The position numbers were made by a program, and so were the translations under genes. From Anaerolineae bacterium (GTDB lineage: Bacteria; Chloroflexota; Anaerolineae; UBA1429), in assembly GCA_021162655.1 (NCBI GenBank), contig JAGGYI010000083.1, positions 1-47,648 on the forward strand: DNA of 47,648 bases, read 5' to 3'. A model generated the notes under the pieces. That model worked only from the letters and a program-made list of their open reading frames with translations. It was not told the origin of the DNA and made no database searches. Within the stretch, counting starts at the first letter, position 1. Every line of letters starts with the position of its first letter. Below, one piece after another: positions 19,341-30,900 of this stretch.

Positions 19341-19834
19341 AGCAAGTTTTTCTTGGCTTGGGAGCCAACCTGGGGTCAAGGGAGAGAAATATCCACCAGG
19401 CTATTACAAAACTAGAAGAAAAGGGGAACAGGGTTCTTTCCCTTTCTCCCCTTTACGAAACCGAGCCCTGGGGCATTAAGGAACAGCCCCGATTCCTCAA
19501 TGCAGCCTGCCTCATCGAAACCCCTTATTCTCCTCAAGCCCTGCTCAAGGTACTCAAAACCATTGAAAAAGAGATGGGGCGAGTTCCCACCGTCCGCTAT
19601 GGACCTCGCCCTATTGACCTTGATATTCTTTTCTATGACATGCTCTGCCTCTGCTCGTCCGATCTCATCATCCCACATCCAGGAACACTAGAGCGTGCTA
19701 CGGTGCTCGTTCCTCTCGCCGATATCGCTCCCCACTTGAAACATCCCCTAACTGAACAAAGCATCTCAGAGCACCTCGCACAATTGGGCCCCGCTTCGGG
19801 GATTGCTCCCTACCCGCCAGGGTTATCCTCCTGA
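19337..19834 (+). CDS. folK: 2-amino-4-hydroxy-6-hydroxymethyldihydropteridine diphosphokinase
   Basis: LGLGANLG, SPLYETEP, FLNA, RYGPRPIDLDIL, IIPHP, VLVPL. Confidence 0.96.
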   Translation: MKQVFLGLGANLGSRERNIHQAITKLEEKGNRVLSLSPLYETEPWGIKEQPRFLNAACLIETPYSPQALLKVLKTIEKEMGRVPTVRYGPRPIDLDILFYDMLCLCSSDLIIPHPGTLERATVLVPLADIAPHLKHPLTEQSISEHLAQLGPASGIAPYPPGLSS

Positions 19835-22800
19835 ATCCCCTCCCCTCCCCTCAATCCCTGGAAAATCGTCCTCGAGCGATCCAACTCTTCCTCTGCCCGG
19901 CGCTCCTCCCCCATCTCCTTAAGCAACGAGCCTATTTCCTGATGGGTTTCAGCAGCATTCAAGCGATCCCCATGCTCTTCATAGATGCCCAGCGCCTCTT
20001 GCAAATACCGCTCAGCCACAGTCCAGCGCCCTTCCTGGCGAGCGATCCCTGCATACACCCGATATACGTCTGCAGTCCCCAGGGAGAACCCCTCTCGCTC
20101 AAAAAGACGGTTCGCCAAGCGGCAGTGCTCGCGTGCCTCCTCTCTCTGCCCCTGAGCCAAAGCAACCTCCGCCATGTGAAGATACGCAACACCTTGTTCA
20201 TGAACATCCCCAACACGTTGAAAGCGCTCTAACGCTTGTTGATAGCACTCCCTAGCCTCGCGATAGCGACCCAAGCGCTGGAAGGCAAACCCTAGGTTAT
20301 TGAGCCCCCTCCCTTCATCCAAAGGCTGCTGTAGACGCGCAAAAGTCTCCACACTCCGTTGATAGTACTCTATTGCTCGCTCGTACTCTCCCTGAGCATC
20401 CAGGATGATGCCCAAGTTGCCCCAAAGACGCGCACTAAGCAGTTCATTTCCTTGAGCGAGCTCTAGCGCCCCTGTCAACGTCTGCAGTGCCTCCTGCCAA
20501 GAGCCACTCTCAAAAAGGAAGAAACCCTTCATCAGCAATGCCGCTATCTGCTGTTCTTGATCCTCAATCTCTCGAGCAAGCTGATAGCTCTGCTCACCAA
20601 AGGAAAGGGCTTCCTTCCATCTTCCCCTGCGGCCATGAGCAACTCCCAAGTCAAGCAAAACACACGCTTCGGCATGCACATCCCGAATTTCGCGACTCAA
20701 TTCCAAGGCATCTTCCAAATCTTGAAAACCCTCTGCCCTTCCCATGAGAAGGAGGAGCTTACCGCGACGATGTAGCAATGCCAATCGCTTAGCAGGGTGC
20801 CCTAGATCTACCCGCGCCCATAGCTCCAGCGCTTGCTGGAGATAGTTTACCGCCTCCTCAACAGCAAACTCGGCCTCGGCTCTCTCCGCTGCCAAGCAGG
20901 CATAACGATACGCTTTCTCCTCATCCCCACCCAGCCCAAAATGGCGCGCAAGATCGTAAACATAAGGCCAGGGGTCAGTATCAGCAAAGGCTTCAAGCTT
21001 TCTCCCAACAAAGAGATGACTCTGGCGGCGCAGGGGAAGGGGCATTGATTCATAGATCGCCTGCTGCACCTTGGGATGGGAAAACTGATATCCCTCCCGA
21101 TCGGAAACGATAAGAGCATAATCTCGTTCCAGAGTGTACAACTGACGCTGTAATGTAAGGGGGGGATTTTGTAGGATAGCGGAAAGGAGATCGACATTTA
21201 ATCGATATCCCCCAATTGCCGCCCAATCAAGCAGCTCACGAAGGCCTTTTTCGACACGATCTACCCGACGCATAATGAGATCCATGATCGTCTCGGGCAA
21301 AAGCCCCTCTGAAGGAACGGAAACAAGGTTCCAAACCCCTCCCTTCTCTTGTAAGAGGCCCTGCTCCCGAAGCAGACGCAGCATCTCCAAAAGATAGAAG
21401 GGATTTCCTTTGGCCTCACGACAAAGAAATTCAACAAGAGTGTAATCTAATCGATCAGCGCCCAATGCGGCTGCGGCGAGCTCCTCCATATCCGCATCGT
21501 CTAAAGGACCAAGAGTAAGAACTTGGCCCAAATGCTCGCGACTCATTCTACGAAGCACATCCCGCAAAGGATGGGGTTTCCCCTCATCCGACACGAGTGC
21601 ATCTTCGGGACGATATGCCCCAAGTAAAAAGACCCTTCTCCCCTCTACATCCCGTGCAAGATAATGAAACAACTGCAAAGCCGTTGGGCTTGCCCATTGC
21701 ATGTCATCCAACACCAAGACGAGGCTCCATTGTTCAGCCAAAGCCCCAAAGAAACGAGCCATCAACCCAAAAACATGCGCCTGGGCATCAAGAGGAGAGG
21801 CCCGATTCAACCACGCAGGAGCAGGAGACGAAGCATCTAAATGAAGGATGCCAGCGATCTCCCGGTAAAGCTTCACAATGGAGCTATCATCCTCGGAGGC
21901 AAACCCCAACATAAAACCATATCGGCGCTCCAGCGCGCGCAAGATCTCGACAAATGGAGCATAAGGGTCGGGCACATCGCTATAGAGGCAATCCCCTTTG
22001 AGGAAGAGAGCATTCTGCGCCTCTGCCAAGCGTTCCACTTCGTGGATGAGGCGCGTCTTTCCCATGCCGGCTTCACCAGCGAGCAAGAGCGCAGTCCCCC
22101 TCCCAAGAGCAGCCCGCTTTAGAGCGTTCTCTAGAATCTCTAGCTCTGTCTTTCTCCCCACAAGAGGCAAAACTCTCGGCCGTTCGGAGGACAAAGGAAC
22201 TGCTACAGAAACAAAAGGCCTCTGCAAACACTCGGCCAGAGCTTCTTCTAGCTCCCCAGCGCTAGGAAACCGCCGGGCCGGATCCTTTTCCAAGAGCCGT
22301 AAGATGAGCGCATCCAAGGCAGGAGGCAGATCAGGAACCTGCGTCGAAGGTCTAGGAGGGGAACGATGCAAGTGTTGGGCAAGCACCTCTGTGAGGGAAT
22401 CTCCCACGAATGGGGGGTGCCCCACAACCATCTCAAATAACACAACTCCCAAAGAATAGAGGTCACTGCGGCCATCCACATGCTGCCCCGCAGCCTGTTC
22501 AGGGGAAAGATAAGAAACAGTGCCAATGACCGTACCTGTACGCGTCATCTGTGAGACACCGAGTAACCGAGCCAGGCCAAAGTCCGTCAATTTGGCTTGG
22601 CCATCTCGGCTAAAAAGCACATTTCCTGGTTTGACATCCCGGTGGACAATCTGGCGATCATGAGCATGCGCAAGGGCACGGGCAACTTCCTGGGCGATGC
22701 GCACGGCCTCTTGCCATTCCAACCTCCCCTCTCGCTGCAATCGCTCCTTAAGGCTACCTCCCTCCATCAGTTCCATAACAATATAACGCAAGCCCTCTTC

Positions 22801-23025
22801 TTGCCCTGCTGCATACATCCGCACAATGTTGGGATGGGCAAGCTGGACAAGGGCTTGCGCTTCTCGAACAAAACGAGCCACCAAGCCTGGCTCAGCCCGT
22901 TCAGAAAGCACTTTGACGGCAACTGTACGGCCTTGGGCATCCACTGCTCGATAGACTTCAGCCGCAGCACCGAGGCCTACTAGCTCAACGATCTCCAGCC
23001 CTGCAAAACGACGCCCTATAATCAT
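19810..23025 (-). CDS. Ser/Thr protein kinase fused to AAA/STAND NTPase and TPR repeats
   Basis: VAVK, HRDVKPGN, DFG, YLSPEQ, SDLYSLG; Walker A GEAGMGKT, Walker B LVLDDMQWA, GNPFY; C-terminal TPRs; no TM. Confidence 0.92.
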   Translation of the reverse strand: MIIGRRFAGLEIVELVGLGAAAEVYRAVDAQGRTVAVKVLSERAEPGLVARFVREAQALVQLAHPNIVRMYAAGQEEGLRYIVMELMEGGSLKERLQREGRLEWQEAVRIAQEVARALAHAHDRQIVHRDVKPGNVLFSRDGQAKLTDFGLARLLGVSQMTRTGTVIGTVSYLSPEQAAGQHVDGRSDLYSLGVVLFEMVVGHPPFVGDSLTEVLAQHLHRSPPRPSTQVPDLPPALDALILRLLEKDPARRFPSAGELEEALAECLQRPFVSVAVPLSSERPRVLPLVGRKTELEILENALKRAALGRGTALLLAGEAGMGKTRLIHEVERLAEAQNALFLKGDCLYSDVPDPYAPFVEILRALERRYGFMLGFASEDDSSIVKLYREIAGILHLDASSPAPAWLNRASPLDAQAHVFGLMARFFGALAEQWSLVLVLDDMQWASPTALQLFHYLARDVEGRRVFLLGAYRPEDALVSDEGKPHPLRDVLRRMSREHLGQVLTLGPLDDADMEELAAAALGADRLDYTLVEFLCREAKGNPFYLLEMLRLLREQGLLQEKGGVWNLVSVPSEGLLPETIMDLIMRRVDRVEKGLRELLDWAAIGGYRLNVDLLSAILQNPPLTLQRQLYTLERDYALIVSDREGYQFSHPKVQQAIYESMPLPLRRQSHLFVGRKLEAFADTDPWPYVYDLARHFGLGGDEEKAYRYACLAAERAEAEFAVEEAVNYLQQALELWARVDLGHPAKRLALLHRRGKLLLLMGRAEGFQDLEDALELSREIRDVHAEACVLLDLGVAHGRRGRWKEALSFGEQSYQLAREIEDQEQQIAALLMKGFFLFESGSWQEALQTLTGALELAQGNELLSARLWGNLGIILDAQGEYERAIEYYQRSVETFARLQQPLDEGRGLNNLGFAFQRLGRYREARECYQQALERFQRVGDVHEQGVAYLHMAEVALAQGQREEAREHCRLANRLFEREGFSLGTADVYRVYAGIARQEGRWTVAERYLQEALGIYEEHGDRLNAAETHQEIGSLLKEMGEERRAEEELDRSRTIFQGLRGGEGIQEDNPGG

Positions 23026-23050
23026 TTACTCCACCGAGCATCTTCCCCTA

Positions 23051-24439
23051 TCAGCCAATCAGCTGCAAGGGAAGAAAGACGGAAAACGTCGTCCCCTCTC
23101 CGGGTGTAGAGGAAACTCTTACGTACCCTTTGTGGCCTTCTACAATGCTCTGCACAACCGAAAGCCCCAAACCGATACCAGAGGGCTTGGTCGTAAAAAA
23201 CGGTTCAAACAATTTATCTATATTCTCCTCAGGGATGCCCACGCCGGTATCACTCACCTCTATAACCACATATCCTCCCTCCTCTGCCCTACTGCGCAGA
23301 GTCAAAACGCCTCCTTCAGGCATCGCCTGGACGGCATTCGTAATGAGATTCAAAAAGACCTGCTGAAGCTGGTCGCCATCCGCCCGCAGAGGGCCAAGGG
23401 AAGGTTCCAACTCTTTGTGCACAGTAATAGATTCAGGCATAGAAACCCGCAAAAGTGTCTCTTCAAGAAGGGCATTCACATCCACGTCACTTAACCGACG
23501 CGGTCGATTCCTCGAAAAGAAAAGCAAATCGTTGATGATCTTGCTCTGCCGCTCGATTTCAGCATCAAGCTTGCCAAAGTAGCGCCGCAAGATCTCGGGA
23601 TTATCCAATTTGCCCAGCGAAACAAGGCGTTCAAGGTAATACAGGCTATTACGCATCACCATTAGAGGACTGCGCAATTCATGGGCCACACTAGCAGCCA
23701 GGCGACCCACCGCAGCGAGCCTCTCTGCCTGAATAAGCTGCTCCTGGGCTTCACGCAGTTCTTCCAACGTGGATTGCAATTGCTCATTACTCTCTTTCAG
23801 ATCCTCGTATAGCTTGGCACCACGAATGGCCATAGCAGCCTGGCTTGCCATCATCTGCAAAAGCCGCAAGTCCGCCTCAGAAAAATGCCTTGTCTCCATC
23901 CGAGTATCCACATAAATCGCCCCTAGCAACTCCCCACGAGCGATCAAAGGCACAGCTAGAACAGAGCGAATATCCTGAAGGATGATGCTCTGGCTTAGCT
24001 CAAACCGCTCATCTGCCTGGACATTCGTTGTTAAAATCGGTTCACGGGATTGCAAGACGCGTTCGATCAAACTAGAGCTAAAACCCTCTTTCTGGGCATC
24101 GAGCGCCGCGGAATCGAAACGCCTGGCAGCGGCAACATAATACCCCCCCTCCGGCCGCGCCAGCACAACAAAGCCTCTCTCCGCCTTGACCAATTCAAGA
24201 GCTTTGTCAATGATCGACTCTAACAAACAACCAAGCTCCGAGGCTCCAGTGAGATCTCGGGCCACTTCGTACAACGAAGAGAGCTCTTTGCGCTGACGCG
24301 TAAGCTGCCTGAAATCCTCCTGCAAAGAAAGAACCAACTCGGCCATCTCCTTTGCCGAGCGCACACCCTGCTCCCCAAGTCTCTCGAACTCGGCGGCCAA
24401 AACTTGAAGCTTGCGCAGGCTATCCATTCTCCGCCTCAC
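23051..24439 (-). CDS. Cytoplasmic GAF-domain sensor histidine kinase
   Basis: GAF (IRSVLAVPL, GAIYVD), H-box VAHELRSPL, N-box NLITNAVQA, DTGVG, FEPFFTTK, GIGLGL; alternative start ATG 24427. Confidence 0.93.
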   Translation of the reverse strand: MRRRMDSLRKLQVLAAEFERLGEQGVRSAKEMAELVLSLQEDFRQLTRQRKELSSLYEVARDLTGASELGCLLESIIDKALELVKAERGFVVLARPEGGYYVAAARRFDSAALDAQKEGFSSSLIERVLQSREPILTTNVQADERFELSQSIILQDIRSVLAVPLIARGELLGAIYVDTRMETRHFSEADLRLLQMMASQAAMAIRGAKLYEDLKESNEQLQSTLEELREAQEQLIQAERLAAVGRLAASVAHELRSPLMVMRNSLYYLERLVSLGKLDNPEILRRYFGKLDAEIERQSKIINDLLFFSRNRPRRLSDVDVNALLEETLLRVSMPESITVHKELEPSLGPLRADGDQLQQVFLNLITNAVQAMPEGGVLTLRSRAEEGGYVVIEVSDTGVGIPEENIDKLFEPFFTTKPSGIGLGLSVVQSIVEGHKGYVRVSSTPGEGTTFSVFLPLQLIG

Positions 24440-24819
24440 ATCCCAAATATTCCCGATACATCATCAGAAGCCAGAAGGACAGGAAGAAAAGTCGCTACAT
24501 CAAGAGGCTTGCGAAAGACAGCCTCCGCCCCCTCCTCCATTGCCCGAGCAGCCAATTCTCCCACCTCATATCCTGTAATCATAATCACCCGTACTGAAGG
24601 AGAGATCCGCTTGATTTCCTTTAACGTCTCCACTCCATCCAACCCAGGCATCCGGATATCAAGAAGGATCACGTCATATTTTTCTTCTCGACATTTGGCG
24701 ATTGCTTCCTCCCCCTGGGAAGCTACTTGAACGTGATACCCTTCCAACATGAGAATATCCATCATCGTCTCGCAAATTCCAGGATCATCATCGACCACTA
24801 GAATCTTGGGTTTGGACAT
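24436..24819 (-). CDS. Single-domain response regulator (receiver only)
   Basis: ILVVDDD, LLDIRMPG, MITG, KP. Confidence 0.93.
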   Translation of the reverse strand: MSKPKILVVDDDPGICETMMDILMLEGYHVQVASQGEEAIAKCREEKYDVILLDIRMPGLDGVETLKEIKRISPSVRVIMITGYEVGELAARAMEEGAEAVFRKPLDVATFLPVLLASDDVSGIFGM

Positions 24820-24925
24820 GCTATCCCTCCCCCTTCGCGCTTAACTATCCACCCAATTCTAACATAAAATGCTCTATAAAAACGTAAATATATCGTGAAC
24901 TTGGCCTTTTCAGCAATCTTCCCTA

Positions 24926-24954
24926 TTGCCACAGCTAAGCTTGGCGTGTAAAAT
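24926..24954 (+). promoter_or_regulatory. sigma70 promoter of S8 protease
   Basis: TTGCCA-N17-TAAAAT. Confidence 0.6.
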
Positions 24955-24993
24955 GAAAAAAGTCAAGCGCTATCTTGCCAAGAGGAGCTTCTG

Positions 24994-27900
24994 ATGAGGC
25001 GTTTTCTGTTCACATTGATGCTGTTCACCTTTATCTTAGCCTTACCTGTCCTTGCCCAGAATCCGTCTTTATCCAAGCCCCTCGCAGATAGCAAAACGAG
25101 CGCTCTGCGTGCATTAAACTCACTTCCTGTTCAGGCTAGAGCTAAAATAGATCCCCGGCTACTCAAACAACTTTTACAAGCCCAAAAAGAAGCCTCACGG
25201 CAAGGGCTTGCCAAACCCAAGTCCACGACCTTTTTGGTTTACCTCAAAAAGCAAGCTACCTTGGCCAGCCTCTGTAGCACTTCGAACATCCAGACTCGCC
25301 GCCAGCTCATTGTCGCCCGTCTTCAAGCAACAGCCCAACGTTCCCAGGCGGGGCTAATTCCATTACTCGAAAGCAATTTACAGAAAGGGCATATCAGCCG
25401 TTATAAAAGCTACTGGATCTTTAACGGCTTCGCCGTAGATGGAGACCTGCACGCTGCCCTAGAACTAGCCAGGCGCCCAGAAGTCGCGGCTCTTTTGCCT
25501 AACCGCACTCATCAGCTTCCCCCAACAAAAGCACTCTCCACCGAAAACATAGAATGGAACATCACCCATATAGGGGCAGACCGAGTTTGGAACGCCTTGG
25601 GGATCACAGGGAGAGGCGTGGTCGTTGCCAATATGGACTCTGGTGTTGATTGGACACACCCAGCCCTTCAGCGCAAATATCGCGGCTATAACCCGGCCAA
25701 TCCCGCAGCTTCCACACACGACTACAACTGGTTCGATGCAACGGGCACTTATCCCAATGCTCCTGGCCCCACTCGTCCTCACGTCAGCGCTTGGTCAGAC
25801 CATGGCACCCACACAATGGGTATCATCCTTGGGTCCACTGAAGATGGAGAAAACATTGTGGGTGTCGCTCCTGGAGCTCAATGGATTGCCGTCAAAGTCT
25901 TTGACGATAACGGAGAGACCACCGACGAATGGATCCATGCAGGCTTTCAATGGATCCTCGCTCCCACAGACCTACATGGCGAGAATCCGGATCCCTCCAA
26001 GGCTCCCGATATCGTCAATAATTCCTGGGGAAGCGAAAATGGTTGGGACTCTACCTTTTACCAAGACCTTCTCGCTCTTCAAAACGCCGGAATCCTCACC
26101 GTCTGGGCTGCCGGAAACTCGGGCCCCAGCTCACAGACGATCAATGCACCAGCGAGCTTCCCGCACGCCTTTGCTGTAGGAGCCGTCGATGCTCAAGACG
26201 AAATAGCGCCCTTTAGCAGCCGCGGTCCCTCTCCATGGGGAGAGATCAAACCAGAAGTTGTTGCCCCTGGTGTCAACATTCGCTCCACCATCGCTGGGGG
26301 CCTCTACGGAGTCCTAGAGGGAACCTCGATGGCTACTCCCCATGTTGCTGGCCTCATGGCTCTTATCCAAGAGGCTTCAAACCATACTCTCAGTATCGAA
26401 GCAACAGAATATATCATCACCAGCACTGCCAAAGACTTGGGGACCCCTGGAGAGGATAATGACTATGGGTATGGTCTCATCGATGCTTTCCAGGCTGTGA
26501 GCACGGTCTTTCAAGGGGGAACATTCCGCGGATGCGTACGCGACGCCGAAACAGGCGCGCCCATTGGAGGGGCTACCATCATTATGAGGAACCTCTCCAC
26601 AGGAGGTCAAGCCCGAACAACCACTGCATCCGATGGAACTTATTCCTTCTCCGTGGCAACAGGCTTTTACGATGTCACTGCCTCTCACTTTGGCTATTTT
26701 GATGAGGTCGCTCACAACATTGAGATTAAAAGCCAGATGGTCACCCAGCTCGACTTTGCCCTTACCCCTCAACCCAAAGGGGTTATCCGTGGGCAAATCA
26801 CCTGTCCAGGTTCAGATACTCTGCCCGATATCCTTATTTCGGTGCTGGGCACTCCTCTCACCACTCAGGCAAACGCTCAGGGATTCTACTCGCTTACTGT
26901 ACCAGTGGGTACGTACACTCTTCGAATTCGACCGCTGAACCCTGGCTACCGAGGGATAGAAGTGGGCCAGGTTCATGTGCGCGACGGGGCAAACACAACG
27001 GTAAATAGCGAGCTTCTGACTGCCCCTAAAATCCTTCTAGTCGATGCCGATGCTTGGCTCACCAGCGGCCAGCTTAGATACTATCAATCATTGCTTAATA
27101 CCGCACTCTACGGCTACGACGAGCGACTCGTCCGCAAATTTCCGACGGATAACCCCTCTGTTGATGACCTTCGACAATATGACATAGTCATTTGGGTTCA
27201 ACCCCTCACTTCTCCTGGGTATATCAATGCCTGGGATGCTTTAGGAGCCTATCTTGACCAGGGTGGCAAACTACTCATTAGTGGCCAAGACATCGGCTAC
27301 TGGGATTGGCAATGTGGGTGTGCCCCCCAGAACTATGCTAAATACCTCCACGCAAGCTATTTGCCCGATGACGGCGGGCTAGGGGACCTACTTGGCACCC
27401 CTACGGGACCGCTCGCAGGGATCCGGCTTTCTCTAAACACAAACGACAGCGCTCGAAACCAGAACTCTGTTGACTTGATCTCGGCTACCGACGCATTCGC
27501 CCAGCCCATCCTGCGCTATGAATCCGGCGAAGTTGTCGGCCTCTATATCGAAAACTGCCAGAACTCGATCATCTATCTAAGCTTTGGCCTAGAAGGCATT
27601 GGGCCTACCTCCGCCCGCCAACAAGCATTCGAAAAGCTGCTTACCCTGCTCTCACAAGCAAAACTTCCTCACACCCAGATTCGGATTCACCCTTCTACCC
27701 AGGGGGTACTTTTAGGGCACCACACCTCCTACGCTCTCCAACTCGTTAACCAGGATACTAGGCCCCTTTCTCAAACATACCGCTTATCGGCAGATTCCGC
27801 CTGGCCAGCTTGGTTCGCCCAGATGACAAACTCTGTTCCCATCACCCAGACCCGTCCCCTCTCCCCTTGCGAAGACATCGATCTTCGCCTAATGCTTGAG

Positions 27901-30900
27901 ATACCCCTCACCGCTGCTCCTCAGGAAACACACATCATTACAGCGCATATCTCTCCCCAGAATGCTGGCCCCGATGAAATTATCCGGACCGTCGAGGCAA
28001 TCGCTGTCCCTCCTTGGCAAGAATTGCCCAACCCCCCCACCCCCCGCTCTCGGTTATCCGGTGCCGCCTTGGGATGCTCTATTTATACGATAGGGGGATA
28101 CTATAGCCATAATAATTCCGACACTGTCACGAATGTGGTCGAGATCCTCGACCTAGTCTCAGGAACATGGTACAGAGGCTCTCCAAAACCGAGTGCGACA
28201 GCCAATAGTGGGATCGCTCTATTAGACGGGCAACTCTATCTCTTAGGAGGCTATTCCGAAACAGCCCCTGGGAATTATGTCAATACAGTTGAAATCTATG
28301 ACCCGGCTGAAGATCAGTGGAGCTCCGGTACCCCTCTCCCCATTCCCCTAAGTGGAATGGCCACAGCGGTTTTAGACGGCAAGATCTACATCTTTGGCGG
28401 AAACAGTGCCGAAGGGGCAAGCAACAAAGCTTACGTGTATGACCCTTACTTTGATCAATGGACTAGAATCGCCAACATCCCGGGTACTGGGGTTGCCTTT
28501 GCTCAAGCCGTCAGCCTCAATGGAGCCATCTACCTAGCTGGGGGATGGCCTGAACAAAAGAGTCTTCTTCGCTATGATCCTCAGAGTGACTCCTGGACCA
28601 TCCTCCAATCGATGCACCAGGGAAGGCATAGCTTCGCTATGGCTACCGATGGGCGCCACATTTTTGTAGCTGGAGGAGGCAAACTTTTGGATGGCCTCGC
28701 CTCTGTCGAGCGCTATGACCCCCTCACAAATCGGTGGACTGTCTTCCCGAGCCTTCACTTTAGCAGACGAACTGGCGCTATAGGGGTCTATGCCGATGGC
28801 AAGTTCTACGTCATCGGGGGTATCGACCAGCAATCGCCAGCCGAGGCGATCGAATTCATGGATATTGACTCCCCTCTAAACCGTTCTCGCTTCCTAGTAA
28901 ACAACGCCCCCTATACTCTTTCACACCCTGGAGACATTCTCTCCTATACCCTTACGCTCAACAATCCCGAAACAACCACCATCTCGGCAAGTTGGCAACA
29001 TACATTTCCAAGCGCGCTCAACTACCTCGAAGGCTCCATTACAGGGGGAGCACACTATAACCCTTCATCCCGCACCCTCTCATGGGAGGGATCCATCCCA
29101 CCGCAAGGGAAACTCTCCTTTTCCTTCCTTGCCCAAGTCCAAGCGGATACGCCCAGTGGCACGACGGTTACCAGCACAGTACTCCTTGATAACGGCGGGT
29201 GTGCGCCTCTTACCTTGAGTACCCATGCATATGTAGCATTACCCTCTCTGAGTGCTTCGACGAAACAGGTAAACAAAGCCCGTGTAGCTCCTGGGGATAC
29301 ATTGCATTACTCGGTCGCTATCATCAACGATTCTCCCTACACCATTCCTCATGCTTCCCTTATCGACCCTATTCCCACGTACACCACGTATATCAGTGGA
29401 AGCGTAGTAGGCGGCACGTACAACCCCACTTTGAAGCGCATTGAATGGGAAGGGAGTTTGCCTCCTGGGACATCCGATGGGGTTGAAGAGCCTTCTTTCA
29501 ACTGGATAGACGCAACAGGGGGAACATCCTTGAACCTGGGAGACGATTCGTGTGTGGGCCCTTTGGACTTGGGCTTTAACTTTGAGTTTTATGGGCAGAG
29601 CTATTCGCAGATTTATGTCAATAGCAATGGAATGATTCTCTTCGAAAAATGTAATTCTAGCTATTCGAACGTTTCCATTCCTCGCCCAGAAGAACCCAAC
29701 GCCTTCATTGCTCCTTTCTGGGATGACCTCCGCCCTGGGGCAGAGTCAGGCAAAGTCTATATGGCCACCTTTGGCCAAGAGCCAAATCGCTACGCCGTAA
29801 TCGAGTGGCACCAGGTTTACCCCTATGGAGAATCTTTGCCCCAAACATTCGAGGTCATTCTCTATGAAGGCACTAACCGCATTCTTTTCCAATACCTTAA
29901 AATGACAGGAGACAGAGGCCTGGGGAGTTCTGCCACAGTGGGCATCGAAAACCAAGACGGAAGCAAAGGAGTTCTATATCTTTTCAACGGCTCCCCCTCG
30001 AATCACTCTATCCACGACGGCTTGCTCTTGGAGATGAAACATAGCAGTACGCGTAATGCTGTTAGTCATATCGTCTCTTACGACGTGCGCGTAAATGAAT
30101 CTCTCCCGCCTTTAACCACTATTACGAATACTGCCTGGATCGATGATGGTTTTGCCATTCATCAACGGACTGTTACATCCACGATTTCGAGCCCCTCTTT
30201 CGCCACTTCGCGCATAACTGCCTCACCAGAAACTGTTCTGGCGGGAGGAACGATCACTTTCACCGTGCATCTCATCAACACGGGGGACATTACTTCCACA
30301 AACACCAGCCTTGTGATTCCTCTCCCTCCTGAGCTCTCCTACCTCTCGGGGAGCCTCCAAGGAGCAGGTGCTACTTACAACGAACAAAGCCGCCAGATCG
30401 AATGGCACGGCACAGTACCTTTAAACCCCTCAGGAGTAGAGATCCGCTACCAAGCAAACGTCACCGACAACCTGCCTATAAACACTTGGATCACCCAAAC
30501 GGCAACGGTTTTTGAACAGGGGCGGCTCATGAATACGCTGCAAACAAGGATCCTTGTCAACAGCGTTGGCCTCGTCGGGGAAAAGATTTCCTCTTCTCCC
30601 CAAGTCCTGGCAGGGTCTTCTTTCACTTACACTATCACCGTCTCGAACGCCGGCCTTTACTTGGCTCCATACCTCGTCATTTCAGATCCCCTTCCCTCTT
30701 TTACAGAATTAATCACAGGCACTCTTGAAGGGGGCACTTATAACCCGGCGGAGAGGACGATACTTTGGAACGGAGCGCTTGCCTCCCGAGAAGGACACGT
30801 ATTACAATTTCAAGTGTATATTCCCAAGAATACTCCTAATGGCACCTGCATCACCAACACTGCTTTCGTTCACGATAGCTATGGTCCTCCCCTTCTTCTT

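Noticed and set aside
19810-19834. 25-nt convergent overlap of folK and the kinase (also 4848-4851)
   Set aside because: Short 3' overlaps are common in compact genomes
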